20,077 bases of DNA from Candidatus Micrarchaeota archaeon (GTDB taxonomy: Archaea > Micrarchaeota > Micrarchaeia > Anstonellales > Anstonellaceae): contig JBDRNY010000063.1 of NCBI GenBank assembly GCA_043810635.1, forward strand, positions 1 to 20,077, given 5' to 3'. Below, one piece after another: positions 1 through 8,089 of the stretch; position 1 is the first letter of the stretch; every line of letters begins with the position of its first letter. Both the position numbers and the translations under genes were made by a program. The notes beneath the pieces were generated by a model. The model had not been told where the DNA came from. It did no database searches and saw nothing but the letters and a program-made list of their open reading frames with translations.

Positions 1-1011
1 CTTTGCATAAAAATATCAAAGGAAAAAGCAAATGCAGTGCACAAATTTTTAATTGAAAAAAATTTTCTTGATAAAAATTACAAGCCGATGCGCAAGGGAA
101 AATTTGTTTTATTTCCGATAAAAAAAGAGGGAAAGAAAGAAATAAAAAAATTAATAAAAAATGCAAATGTCTCATTTGCAAATTTGCAAAAAAGAAACTT
201 GCCTTCCCGCCCTTCCCTCCCCTTCTCCTCATTTGACATTATGGGGGAAATTGCGGTATTGGAAATTCCTTTGCATTTGCAGAAAAGGGAAAAAGAAATT
301 GCAAATTTGATTTTAACGGGAAATAAAAATATTAAAACAGTTGCAAAAAAAATCGAAGGCACCGGGGGGAAATACAGAATACGCCCGGTGGAAACAATTG
401 CGGGAAAAAAAATTACAAAAACAATATGCGGGGAAAGCGGATGCAAATTTTTAATTGACATAAATAAGGCATATTACACTCCCCGCTTTGGAAGCGAAAG
501 ATTGCGGATTGCGAAATTGGTGAAAGAAGGGGAAAATATTCTGGTATTGTTTGCGGGAATCTGCCCTTATCCTGTTGTAATTGAAAAAAATGCAAAAGAA
601 AATGTGGAAAAAATTATTGCAATTGAATTAAATCCCCATGCCCACAAATTTGCGTTGCAAAATATAAAATTAAACAAATGCAAAAAAATAATTGCTGTAA
701 AAGGGGATGCTGAAAAAGAATTGAAAAAAAAGAAATACAAAAATTGGGCAGACAGGGTAATTATGCCCCACCCGTCCGAATCTTTGAAATTCCTCCCCCT
801 CGCATTAAATTCTGCAAAAAATAATGGATTAATACATTTGTATGCATTTGATTATGCGGGGGCAAATGCAAAAAATATATTTAAAGAAGCAGAAAAAATT
901 GCAAAAAAGCAAAATATAATTGTTGAATTAGTTAGGTGGAAGGCGGTAAGGCCCTATTCCCCCTCCCTTGAGCAGGTTGTTGTTGATTTGAGGGTGCGGA
1001 AGAAGCAATAA
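1..1011 (+). CDS. trm5: Trm5/Met-10+ family tRNA (guanine37-N1)-methyltransferase, possibly the aTrm5a/Taw22 type; 5' end probably just outside the window
   Basis: Frame 1 is open from base 1 (LCIKISKEKANAVHKFLIEK, resembling the archaeal Trm5 D1 domain). It contains SFDIMGEIAVL, YYTPRFGSERLRI, the SAM-binding LFAGICPY, IELNP, GDA and RVIMPHP. Confidence 0.88.
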   Translation, partial: LCIKISKEKANAVHKFLIEKNFLDKNYKPMRKGKFVLFPIKKEGKKEIKKLIKNANVSFANLQKRNLPSRPSLPFSSFDIMGEIAVLEIPLHLQKREKEIANLILTGNKNIKTVAKKIEGTGGKYRIRPVETIAGKKITKTICGESGCKFLIDINKAYYTPRFGSERLRIAKLVKEGENILVLFAGICPYPVVIEKNAKENVEKIIAIELNPHAHKFALQNIKLNKCKKIIAVKGDAEKELKKKKYKNWADRVIMPHPSESLKFLPLALNSAKNNGLIHLYAFDYAGANAKNIFKEAEKIAKKQNIIVELVRWKAVRPYSPSLEQVVVDLRVRKKQ

Positions 1012-1037
1012 AAAGCCCTAATTCCTCACATCAATTA

Positions 1038-1445
1038 ATGAAAAGCAGGAAAGCGCAGAGCAGCACCGAATTTCTTATTTCCCTCATCCTGATAATTATT
1101 ATACTTGTTGTAATGTACGAGCTTTCCTTTGATATGTCATTAAGAAAAGATTTGATTGCTTCCCAATATGAGGGAGACAAAATTTCTGCAAAAATAGCAA
1201 GAACAATAGATTGGGTCGCAATAACAGGCCCAGGCACAAGCATAATATTCAGCGCCGGCGCCTACCCAAGCCAATTTATCATAATATCCGGCTCTGAAGT
1301 GATAGCATTCGGGCAAAGCAACAGCACAATGTCAATATCCCCCACCCTTGCGGGAAACGCCCAGCAAACTTCATATTTTTCATCAAACCAAAATTTGAAT
1401 GTGAGTTTTAATGGAACAAATGTTACAGTCACCCAGATGGGCTAG
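1038..1445 (+). CDS. Type IV pilin-like protein with class III signal peptide
   Basis: MKSRKA|QSSTEFLISLILIIIILVVMY: basic leader, A|Q cleavage site, Glu at +5, hydrophobic helix; 4 N-x-S/T sequons. Confidence 0.85.
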   Translation: MKSRKAQSSTEFLISLILIIIILVVMYELSFDMSLRKDLIASQYEGDKISAKIARTIDWVAITGPGTSIIFSAGAYPSQFIIISGSEVIAFGQSNSTMSISPTLAGNAQQTSYFSSNQNLNVSFNGTNVTVTQMG

Positions 1446-1446
1446 T

Positions 1447-1962
1447 GTGAAAAAAGGCCAAAGCCATATGGTAGACCTGATAATATCAGTTTCAGTATTC
1501 ATGATTTTGCTTGTAATAATTTATTCTGCATGGTTCAGGACTATTGATACAACAGCCGATGAAATTTTGCAATTCCGGGCTGATGAAGCCGCCGAGCGCG
1601 CAACAGTTTCTTTGACAAAATCCCCCGGCTTTCCTTCCAATTGGGCAGCCAAAAATATCAGCCCTTCCTCAAGCGATTTGAAAGGAATCGGCATTGCCTC
1701 TTCCTACGGGGTAATCGACCCGACCAAGCTTGAAATTTTGGAATATTATTTTAATAATTCCGCATATTACAATTCCACAAAGCAGAAAATGGGCATTTCC
1801 CCGTTTAACGGGGATGTGAGGGTAAGCTATCTAAACGGCACAAATATTTCTGTTATGGGAAGCCCGCCCGTGGTGAGCGAGATGGTGCTTGCAACCCACC
1901 AGCGCCTCGCAGTATACAAAAACAACACAGTAATTGTAAGGGTAAGGGTATGGCAAAGCTGA
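1447..1962 (+). CDS. Minor pilin-like protein with class III signal peptide
   Basis: The GTG at 1447, just after the upstream stop, gives MKKG|QSHMVDLIISVSVFMILLVIIY. The LTKSPGFPSNW...IGIA segment is typical of archaeal minor pilins. Confidence 0.8.
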   Translation: MKKGQSHMVDLIISVSVFMILLVIIYSAWFRTIDTTADEILQFRADEAAERATVSLTKSPGFPSNWAAKNISPSSSDLKGIGIASSYGVIDPTKLEILEYYFNNSAYYNSTKQKMGISPFNGDVRVSYLNGTNISVMGSPPVVSEMVLATHQRLAVYKNNTVIVRVRVWQS

Positions 1963-2417
1963 AAAAAGGAATTATAATGTCTGTTGAAGCGCTTTTGGCA
2001 GCGCTTGTGCTGTTTGGCATGTTTCTTATAATGTCCACCCTCATCTCCCTTCAGCACGATTATCAAAAATATTACCCCCTGCTGCATTCCTATTCCCAGG
2101 ACATTCTTTTAACAGGGCAAAAAAGCGGGGCATTTTTGCAGGTGATTGAAACAGAAAATGACAGTTTGATTAGAAATATGGCAGATTCCCTTCCCCCTTC
2201 GGTTTGCGCGCAGATTGAAATTTATGGAAATGTAACCGGTCCGCCTTATGGAAATGCAACCACCCCGACAAACATGTATTATTCCTACACCTCCCAAAAT
2301 TGCACGGCAGATTATCTTACTCCAAAAGCAGTCTCCTACCGCACGTTTGCTTTGCACCGCAATTCCACTTTAAATTCATATTATTGGATAAAGGCAATTT
2401 CATACCCCAGAGGATGA
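1950..2417 (+). CDS. Minor pilin-like protein with class III signal peptide
   Basis: MAKLKKG|IIMSVEALLAALVLFGMFLIM; overlaps the previous gene; 5 sequons and two Cys. Confidence 0.8.
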   Translation: MAKLKKGIIMSVEALLAALVLFGMFLIMSTLISLQHDYQKYYPLLHSYSQDILLTGQKSGAFLQVIETENDSLIRNMADSLPPSVCAQIEIYGNVTGPPYGNATTPTNMYYSYTSQNCTADYLTPKAVSYRTFALHRNSTLNSYYWIKAISYPRG

Positions 2418-3343
2418 TTATGAATTTCAAAAAAGGGATGATATACACAATTTCTGTCTTCATTTTGGCAGTAGTATTGCTGGAGCTTCTTTCCTATTCA
2501 GTGCAGCACAATGACCGGCATTTGCAGTATTTCCTCCCCCCGACAGAAGGGGAGATGCTTGCCCTCCGGCTTGACGAGCTTTCTTTTCTTACAGCTGAAG
2601 CGCTTGGAGTTGACGCGCAAATGGAAAGAAATTCCACTCACCTTTTATTTTACATGCAGGACAGCGGCTTTCCGCTCACCCCCGCTTCAAACGGAAGAGC
2701 TTTTATTTCCCAGCACAAATCCTGGGTTGAAATGGGTTGGACAAACATTTCCAACTGCCTTGTGGATTTGGATGTAAGCATCCCGAATTCAACAGGCAGA
2801 ATCCTTTCTGCAACATCAGGGTTAAATTACACCCAAAACAATTCCCTTGCAGCCAATGATTCTGCCGCGCTTTCAATTGAAAACGGAATCAACATATCTT
2901 CTGTTGCAGTAAACATATACTGCCTCTCCCCGCCAAACACCGCGCTGGTTACATACAATGACTGGCCTTCTGACGGCACATGGAGAAGGGCGGAGATAGT
3001 TTATTCAGATGACACCGCTTTCCCCACCCATGTAAATTCAGTATTGTTTAACCAGGGAAATGTGCATTATTTTGCGGCAAATTATTATGACGGGGACGGC
3101 GACTGGATGCAAAGCGTTCATGTTGACTGGGCAAAGCCCAACTACACCCTCAATATTTCCGCATCCACAAACGCTTCCTACACCCCTTCAATTACAAAGC
3201 AGGATGTCAGCTGCACCTGGAATATTTCCCTCTCATTAAATTATACAAATTACACTAAAGAATCATTTTACATTCCAATAAACACCACACTGGCATACCA
3301 AAATTCAACTTACAAAGGCTATCTTATTCTTGCGAGAAAATAA
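2414..3343 (+). CDS. Large pilin-like or adhesin-like secreted glycoprotein (class III signal peptide-like)
   Basis: ATGA overlap with the upstream stop at 2414-2417 (alternative ATG at 2420). MIMNFKKG|MIYTISVFILAVVLLELL; Asn/Ser/Thr-rich body with 15 N-x-S/T sequons. Confidence 0.72.
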   Translation: MIMNFKKGMIYTISVFILAVVLLELLSYSVQHNDRHLQYFLPPTEGEMLALRLDELSFLTAEALGVDAQMERNSTHLLFYMQDSGFPLTPASNGRAFISQHKSWVEMGWTNISNCLVDLDVSIPNSTGRILSATSGLNYTQNNSLAANDSAALSIENGINISSVAVNIYCLSPPNTALVTYNDWPSDGTWRRAEIVYSDDTAFPTHVNSVLFNQGNVHYFAANYYDGDGDWMQSVHVDWAKPNYTLNISASTNASYTPSITKQDVSCTWNISLSLNYTNYTKESFYIPINTTLAYQNSTYKGYLILARK

Positions 3344-3853
3344 TTATTTTTTCTCATGCGCGAGTGCGTCTGCGCCGGGCGGAATTCTCTGCATTTTCGA
3401 TGCATTTTTTCTTATCATATTATGTATTTCATCATTCATTTTGTCAACATCTGCATACATAAAATCTTCTGCGACTATTTCCCTTTCAGCAGTGCCGCTT
3501 GTATTTATCTGAAGCGCCGCCACTCCGATTATTTTGTCTGTAAAAGAGCGCTGTATTGTGGAATCTGTTATCATGCTTATATGCGCTTTTATTTTATGAT
3601 GGCTCAGCACCCCTTTTTCATAAGCCACTCCGTCTTCTGTTGTATAAAGCTTGGTGTGGCTGCTGTTTAGAATGCTGTGCGCAATTCCGATTATTATAAT
3701 TGCAATTCCAACTCCAAAAAGCCCGATTGCAATTAAAATGCCCCATATTTCCAGCATTGCAACTATTCCCGCAATAAACAAAACAATTGCAAACAATGCC
3801 GCAAGGGAGTATTGCTTTATGAAATACCCTTTCACGCTCGGATTTATCATCAT
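3344..3853 (-). CDS. Membrane protein with bacterial PH (bPH_2, YdbS-like) domain
   Basis: Two N-terminal TM helices followed by YTTEDGVAYEKGVLSH...ITDSTIQRSFTDKIIGVAALQINTSG, the typical bPH_2 pattern. The start is ATG 3853 or 3850 (GTG 3862 also possible). Confidence 0.78.
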   Translation of the reverse strand: MMINPSVKGYFIKQYSLAALFAIVLFIAGIVAMLEIWGILIAIGLFGVGIAIIIIGIAHSILNSSHTKLYTTEDGVAYEKGVLSHHKIKAHISMITDSTIQRSFTDKIIGVAALQINTSGTAEREIVAEDFMYADVDKMNDEIHNMIRKNASKMQRIPPGADALAHEKK

Positions 3854-3920
3854 ACCTTTCACTCTTTATTCCAATGCTTATATTGCTTTTCCTTAAAACA
3901 GCCCCCCCGCTCTCCCCAAA

Positions 3921-3930
3921 GATTTAAATG
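3921..3930 (+). promoter_or_regulatory. Putative TATA box for the pilus ATPase-tadC-tadC operon, in a divergent intergenic region
   Basis: GATTTAAATG lies about 25-30 nt before ATG 3953, which has no obvious SD and may be leaderless. Confidence 0.4.
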
Positions 3931-3952
3931 CAATCTCTTGATTTTCATCAAT

Positions 3953-5704
3953 ATGCTTCAAACCAAGATAGACAAATTTGTGGAGGTGGTGAAAAAAGAG
4001 AAAAACCCCACAATAAACCGGGTGGCAGGCCTTCTTCACATGTCCATCCCGGCAACAGAATCCCTTGCATCTTTGCTGGAGCAGGCGGGAGTGGTGCAAA
4101 TACACTACCCATTGAATGTAATGGAAAAGCCCCAGCTTATTTTCCAAAAGCTTCCAAAAGAGGAGAAAAGGGGGGCTGACGAGGATGTCAGCAAAAGAAT
4201 AATTGTTTCATACACATTCAAGGCGGACGCAGTGCCTGCAACCGTTGAAATTATGGATTATGACCAGTACAAATTGTACAAAGTTTCGCTTGTCGAGCTT
4301 TCGGTGTCGACAAGAATATTCCTTGACCAGATAAAAGAGCAGTTGATAAAAGACGTTCCCCCCGAAGCAAGCAATGTTTCTGATGTTGAAAGAATGATTG
4401 CAATAAGAAAGAATTTTTATGAAAGCATCAAAAAATCCTTGGGAAAATTCGAGCTTGGGATGGAAACAACAGAGATGCTTTCAGGCCTTCTTTTGCATTC
4501 AATGTTCGGATTGGGGGAATTGGATTTGCTCAACCGGGATGATTGGCTTGAGGAAATTGTTGTCAACAATTCAAAATCTTCTATTGCAGTATACCACAGA
4601 AAATACGGCTGGCTTAAAACAAACATTTTCATGCCTGATGAAAATGCAATTTTCAACTACTCTTCCCAAATTGCAAGAAGGGTGGGAAGGCAGATTGCAA
4701 CCCTCACCCCAATTCTAGATGCGCGCCTTGAAACAGGGGACAGAGTATGCTCCACCCTTTCCCCAATCTCTTCGCACGGAAATACAATTACCATAAGAAG
4801 GTTTTCAAGAATTCCCTGGACAATCGTGCGCCTTATTGCAGACCCTTTTCATACAATGAATTTGGAAATGGCTGCAATGCTTTGGCAGGCATTTCATTAT
4901 GAATTAAATATGATGGTTGTGGGAGGAACCGCATCAGGAAAAACATCTGCATTAAATGCTTTGGCGTCTTTCATCCCCCCCAACCAGAGAATAATTACAA
5001 TTGAGGATACAAGGGAGCTTTTGCTTCCCAAGCACCAGTGGAATTGGGTGCCTCTTCTCACCCGCCTTAAAAATCCTGAGGGGCAAGGTGAGGTGGCAAT
5101 GCTTGACTTGATTGTCACTTCTTTGCGCATGCGCCCTGACAGGATACTTGTTGGTGAGATTAGGAGGCAGAGGGAGGCGGAAGTTGCATTTGAGGCAATG
5201 CACACCGGCCACTCTGTTTATTCCACCCTTCATGCAGACACTTCTTCGCAGGCATTGAGAAGAATGATTACCCCGCCAATCAACCTTCCTGCATCAGATT
5301 TGGATTCTTTGCATTTGCTTGTGGTGCAATTCCGCGACAGGAGACGGAATTTAAGGCGCACCCTTGAAGTTGCTGAAATAGGCCAGGCAACTGGAGAGGG
5401 GGCATTGGATCCGAATATAATATTCCGCTGGAGGCCCCGCACCGACACATGGGAAAAAGTTTCCGAGCCGGTGCGCTTTTACAAAGAGCTTAACTTGCAT
5501 ACGGGAATGACAAAAGAGCAGATTAACAAAGACAATAGAAAAAGGCAGACAATTTTGCAATGGATGATAAAAAACAAAATAAGTGAAATAAATGAAGTGG
5601 GGAACATATTTTCCCTTTATTATTCCAACCCGGATGAAATTTATGATATTGCAAGAAATGATTTGCAGCTTCCGGAGGAAAAAAGCGGGAGAAAAGGAAA
5701 GTAA
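3953..5704 (+). CDS. Type IV pilus / type II-IV secretion ATPase (TadA/CpaF/FlaI family) with N-terminal winged-helix-like extension
   Basis: Walker A GGTASGKT, Asp box TIEDTREL, LRMRPDRILVGEIR (Walker B) and His box AMHTGH...STLHA. ATG 3953 is preferred over 3812, which would overlap the antisense gene. Confidence 0.93.
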   Translation: MLQTKIDKFVEVVKKEKNPTINRVAGLLHMSIPATESLASLLEQAGVVQIHYPLNVMEKPQLIFQKLPKEEKRGADEDVSKRIIVSYTFKADAVPATVEIMDYDQYKLYKVSLVELSVSTRIFLDQIKEQLIKDVPPEASNVSDVERMIAIRKNFYESIKKSLGKFELGMETTEMLSGLLLHSMFGLGELDLLNRDDWLEEIVVNNSKSSIAVYHRKYGWLKTNIFMPDENAIFNYSSQIARRVGRQIATLTPILDARLETGDRVCSTLSPISSHGNTITIRRFSRIPWTIVRLIADPFHTMNLEMAAMLWQAFHYELNMMVVGGTASGKTSALNALASFIPPNQRIITIEDTRELLLPKHQWNWVPLLTRLKNPEGQGEVAMLDLIVTSLRMRPDRILVGEIRRQREAEVAFEAMHTGHSVYSTLHADTSSQALRRMITPPINLPASDLDSLHLLVVQFRDRRRNLRRTLEVAEIGQATGEGALDPNIIFRWRPRTDTWEKVSEPVRFYKELNLHTGMTKEQINKDNRKRQTILQWMIKNKISEINEVGNIFSLYYSNPDEIYDIARNDLQLPEEKSGRKGK

Positions 5705-5846
5705 GGAGGAAAAAAAGTAAGGAGGAAAGAAAAGTAAGGAGGAAAAAAAGTAAGGAGGAAAGAAAAGTAAGGAGGAAAAAAGTAAGGAGGAAAAAAGCGG
5801 GAGAAAAGGAAAGTAAGGAGGAAAGAAAAGTAAGGAGGAAAAAAGT
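5674..5846 (+). repeat. Purine-rich tandem repeat with a 15-17 bp unit, GTAAGGAGG plus an A-rich spacer
   Basis: GTAAGGAGG starts at 5701, 5717, 5734, 5750, 5767, 5782, 5813 and 5830. The longer block GGAGGAAAAAAGCGGGAGAAAAGGAAAGTAAGGAGGA occurs at both 5674 and 5786. Confidence 0.95.
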
Positions 5847-5862
5847 AGAAAGGTGTGAAAAA

Positions 5863-6747
5863 ATGCGCATAGGGCTGATGTTTCTTCCAATTTCCGCGGT
5901 AAAAAGCCTTGGAGCGAGGTTTAAGGGAATAGGTTCCAGAATAACCGCCCTCTTTCCCGGGCTTAAGTATGATTTGGCAAACGCACAGATTGAATTAAGC
6001 GCAGAGCATTATGCAGTAGGCTCGTTTTTTTCAGCCCTTTTGTGGGCATTTTTTGCGCTTATATTTTTGATAGTTGTTTCAATTGCAAGAAAATTCGAAG
6101 CTCCGCAGTCATTTCTCCTCCCGATAGGCGGATTTCTTTTTGTGGCGTTCGGCTTCCTCCTTCTTCACATGTATTACCCGCGCATCACATCAAAATCTGT
6201 TTCAGCAAAAATAGACAGGGGGCTTGTGTTTGCGGCAAGGGACATGCTTATCCAGGTAAGCTCGGGCATCCCCCTCTACCAAACTTTGGCAAATGTTGGT
6301 GAAGGGGATTATGACCAGGTATCTGTTGAATTCAAAAAAGTTGTTAATGAGGCGCGCTCAGGAAGATCCCTTACAACCGCGCTTGAAAACATGGCTTTGC
6401 GCAACCAGAGCAAATATTTGAAAAAAATGTCATGGCAGATTATTACTGCAATGCGCTCGGGCTCAAATTTGACTAAAGCGCTTAAAGGAATTATTAAAAT
6501 GCTTGTAGATTACCAGCTCAGGCAGATAAAGGCATATAATTCAGAATTGAATTTTATAGTGTTGATTTATTTGCTTGCAGCAGCAGTGCTTCCCACAGTA
6601 GGCACAACAATACTTGTAATTTTCTCGGTATTCGGGGTGCTTGGAGTGACTCAGGAAGTGTATTTAGGTTTGGTGGGAATAGGGGTGCTGGTGCAATTGA
6701 TTATTATCGGCTATGTATATGTAAGAAGGCCGAAAATGTACGAGTGA
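5863..6747 (+). CDS. Type II secretion system F family (TadB/TadC/FlaJ-like) pilus platform protein
   Basis: N-terminal TM pair, IDRGLVFAARDMLIQVSSGIPL, ARSGRSLTTALE, AMRSGSNL and C-terminal TM helices. SD-like AGGTG at 5851-5855. Confidence 0.9.
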   Translation: MRIGLMFLPISAVKSLGARFKGIGSRITALFPGLKYDLANAQIELSAEHYAVGSFFSALLWAFFALIFLIVVSIARKFEAPQSFLLPIGGFLFVAFGFLLLHMYYPRITSKSVSAKIDRGLVFAARDMLIQVSSGIPLYQTLANVGEGDYDQVSVEFKKVVNEARSGRSLTTALENMALRNQSKYLKKMSWQIITAMRSGSNLTKALKGIIKMLVDYQLRQIKAYNSELNFIVLIYLLAAAVLPTVGTTILVIFSVFGVLGVTQEVYLGLVGIGVLVQLIIIGYVYVRRPKMYE

Positions 6748-6751
6748 AAAT

Positions 6752-7789
6752 ATGCCGAAAATAGTAATAACTCGGAAATTCATGGCAACAAAGCCAAAGG
6801 AGGCAGATACCACAGTTGCCCGCCTTCTTGTTTATGCCGGAGTAGAGCAGTCAACAGAAATGTGGCTCGGCTCCCGCCTTTTGCTTGCATTTACAATAGG
6901 ATTTTTTGCAGCATTTATACCAATAATTGTTGCATTTGCATTAAATGAAGACCTCGGCTTCGGTTTTCCCGGCAAATTCAACCTTGCTTTCATGTTCGGC
7001 TATATGCTACTTTCATTTTCATTTACATTTGCCCTCATACTCACCCTCGTCTACCTCCACCTATATTATGTAATCCATGACCGCACCCGCAGGGTGGACG
7101 AAGTATTGCCAGACTTTTTGCTTATGGTTGCAGCGCACATGCATGCAGGGCTTACCCCTTTTGCAGCATTCCAGTCTGCCGCCCGCCCCGAATTCGGGCC
7201 TTTGGAAAAAGAAGTGAAAAAAATTGCCGCCTATTCAATGGGCACAGAAAGCTTTACAGACGCGCTTTTGGCCCTTACCAGACACATCGATTCCCCTATA
7301 TTGCGGCGCACTATTGCATTTTTTGAAAACGGACTTCGCTCCGGCGGGAAACTGGCAAATTTGCTTGAAACAGCTGCAGAAGAAATCCGAGATTTGGAGG
7401 AAATAAGACAAGAAACCGTGTTAAACACCCGCACCTACACAATATTTCTTGTCTTTATATTAGTGGGGGGGCTTCCGGTATTGCTTGCCATTTCCACAGA
7501 ATTTCTGGGCATATTTTCCCAGATGCAGAGCCAGATAAAAGTGGATACTGTGCGAAATGTCGGCAACATGCTTGCCCCCACCATGAACATCTCCGCTGAA
7601 TTTGTAAACCAGATGGCAATAATACTTATTATAACAACAGCCACTTTAGTAAGCATATTTATAGGCATAATTTCAGAAGGAAAAGTATTATTCGGATTGA
7701 AATACATGCCGCCCCTTGCAATACTTTCCTTTGCAATATACACTGCAATAAAACTAACATTGCACGGATTCCTGTCAGTATTCTTTTAG
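6752..7789 (+). CDS. Second type II secretion system F family (TadC-like) pilus platform protein
   Basis: VDEVLPDFLLMVAAHMHAGLTPF, RPEFGPLEKE, GLRSGGKLANLLE and several TM helices. Confidence 0.9.
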   Translation: MPKIVITRKFMATKPKEADTTVARLLVYAGVEQSTEMWLGSRLLLAFTIGFFAAFIPIIVAFALNEDLGFGFPGKFNLAFMFGYMLLSFSFTFALILTLVYLHLYYVIHDRTRRVDEVLPDFLLMVAAHMHAGLTPFAAFQSAARPEFGPLEKEVKKIAAYSMGTESFTDALLALTRHIDSPILRRTIAFFENGLRSGGKLANLLETAAEEIRDLEEIRQETVLNTRTYTIFLVFILVGGLPVLLAISTEFLGIFSQMQSQIKVDTVRNVGNMLAPTMNISAEFVNQMAIILIITTATLVSIFIGIISEGKVLFGLKYMPPLAILSFAIYTAIKLTLHGFLSVFF

Positions 7790-7820
7790 AAAGTGATTCT
7801 TACTCCAGGCACAAACCATC

Positions 7821-7849
7821 AATAAGTTTATATATGTGCATACACATAT
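7821..7849 (+). promoter_or_regulatory. TATA box plus palindromic operator of the toxin-antitoxin operon
   Basis: TTTATATA at 7827-7834 overlaps the inverted repeat ATATGTG-CATA-CACATAT (7832-7849). SD AGGTG at 7856-7860. Confidence 0.7.
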
Positions 7850-7866
7850 TTACACAGGTGTTTTAT

Positions 7867-8088
7867 GTGGTAAATGTGACTATAAGTGTTTCAGAAGAAT
7901 TAAAAAAAATGCTTGACAACTTCCCTGAAATCAACTGGTCTGAGGTTGCAAGGCAGGCATGGATTGAAAAAACGCATCAGCTTGAATTGCTTAACAAAAT
8001 TACTGCAAAAAGCAAGGCAACAGATGAAGATGTAGCAGAGCTTGCCAAATTGCTGAAAAAAAGCATTGCAAAAAGGCACGGACGATAG
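7867..8088 (+). CDS. vapB: Antitoxin, ribbon-helix-helix (VapB/CopG-like)
   Basis: The GTG start after AGGTG gives MVNVTISVSEELKKMLDNFPEINWSEVARQAW, an archaeal RHH antitoxin pattern. It lies directly upstream of a PIN-domain gene. Confidence 0.8.
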   Translation: MVNVTISVSEELKKMLDNFPEINWSEVARQAWIEKTHQLELLNKITAKSKATDEDVAELAKLLKKSIAKRHGR

Positions 8089-8089
8089 A

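Noticed and set aside
1411..2413. Longer N-termini given by the ORF track (starts 1411 and 2300; likewise 3812, 7834, 8066 and 16151)
   Set aside because: They overlap neighbouring genes or promoters, whereas the downstream starts expose proper signal peptides or domain starts.
5674..5846. CRISPR array
   Set aside because: The units are 15-17 bp and contiguous, have no unique spacers, and no cas genes are nearby.
5351..5890. Minus-strand ORFs of 179 aa and 115 aa with FFSSLLFFPPY or FFLLTFLSSLL repeats
   Set aside because: They are antisense translations of the purine repeat and overlap the ATPase and tadC genes.
3953..7789. Archaellum (arlI/arlJ) operon
   Set aside because: No archaellin, arlH, arlF or arlG is present. 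Two separate TadC-like genes fit a pilus system better.
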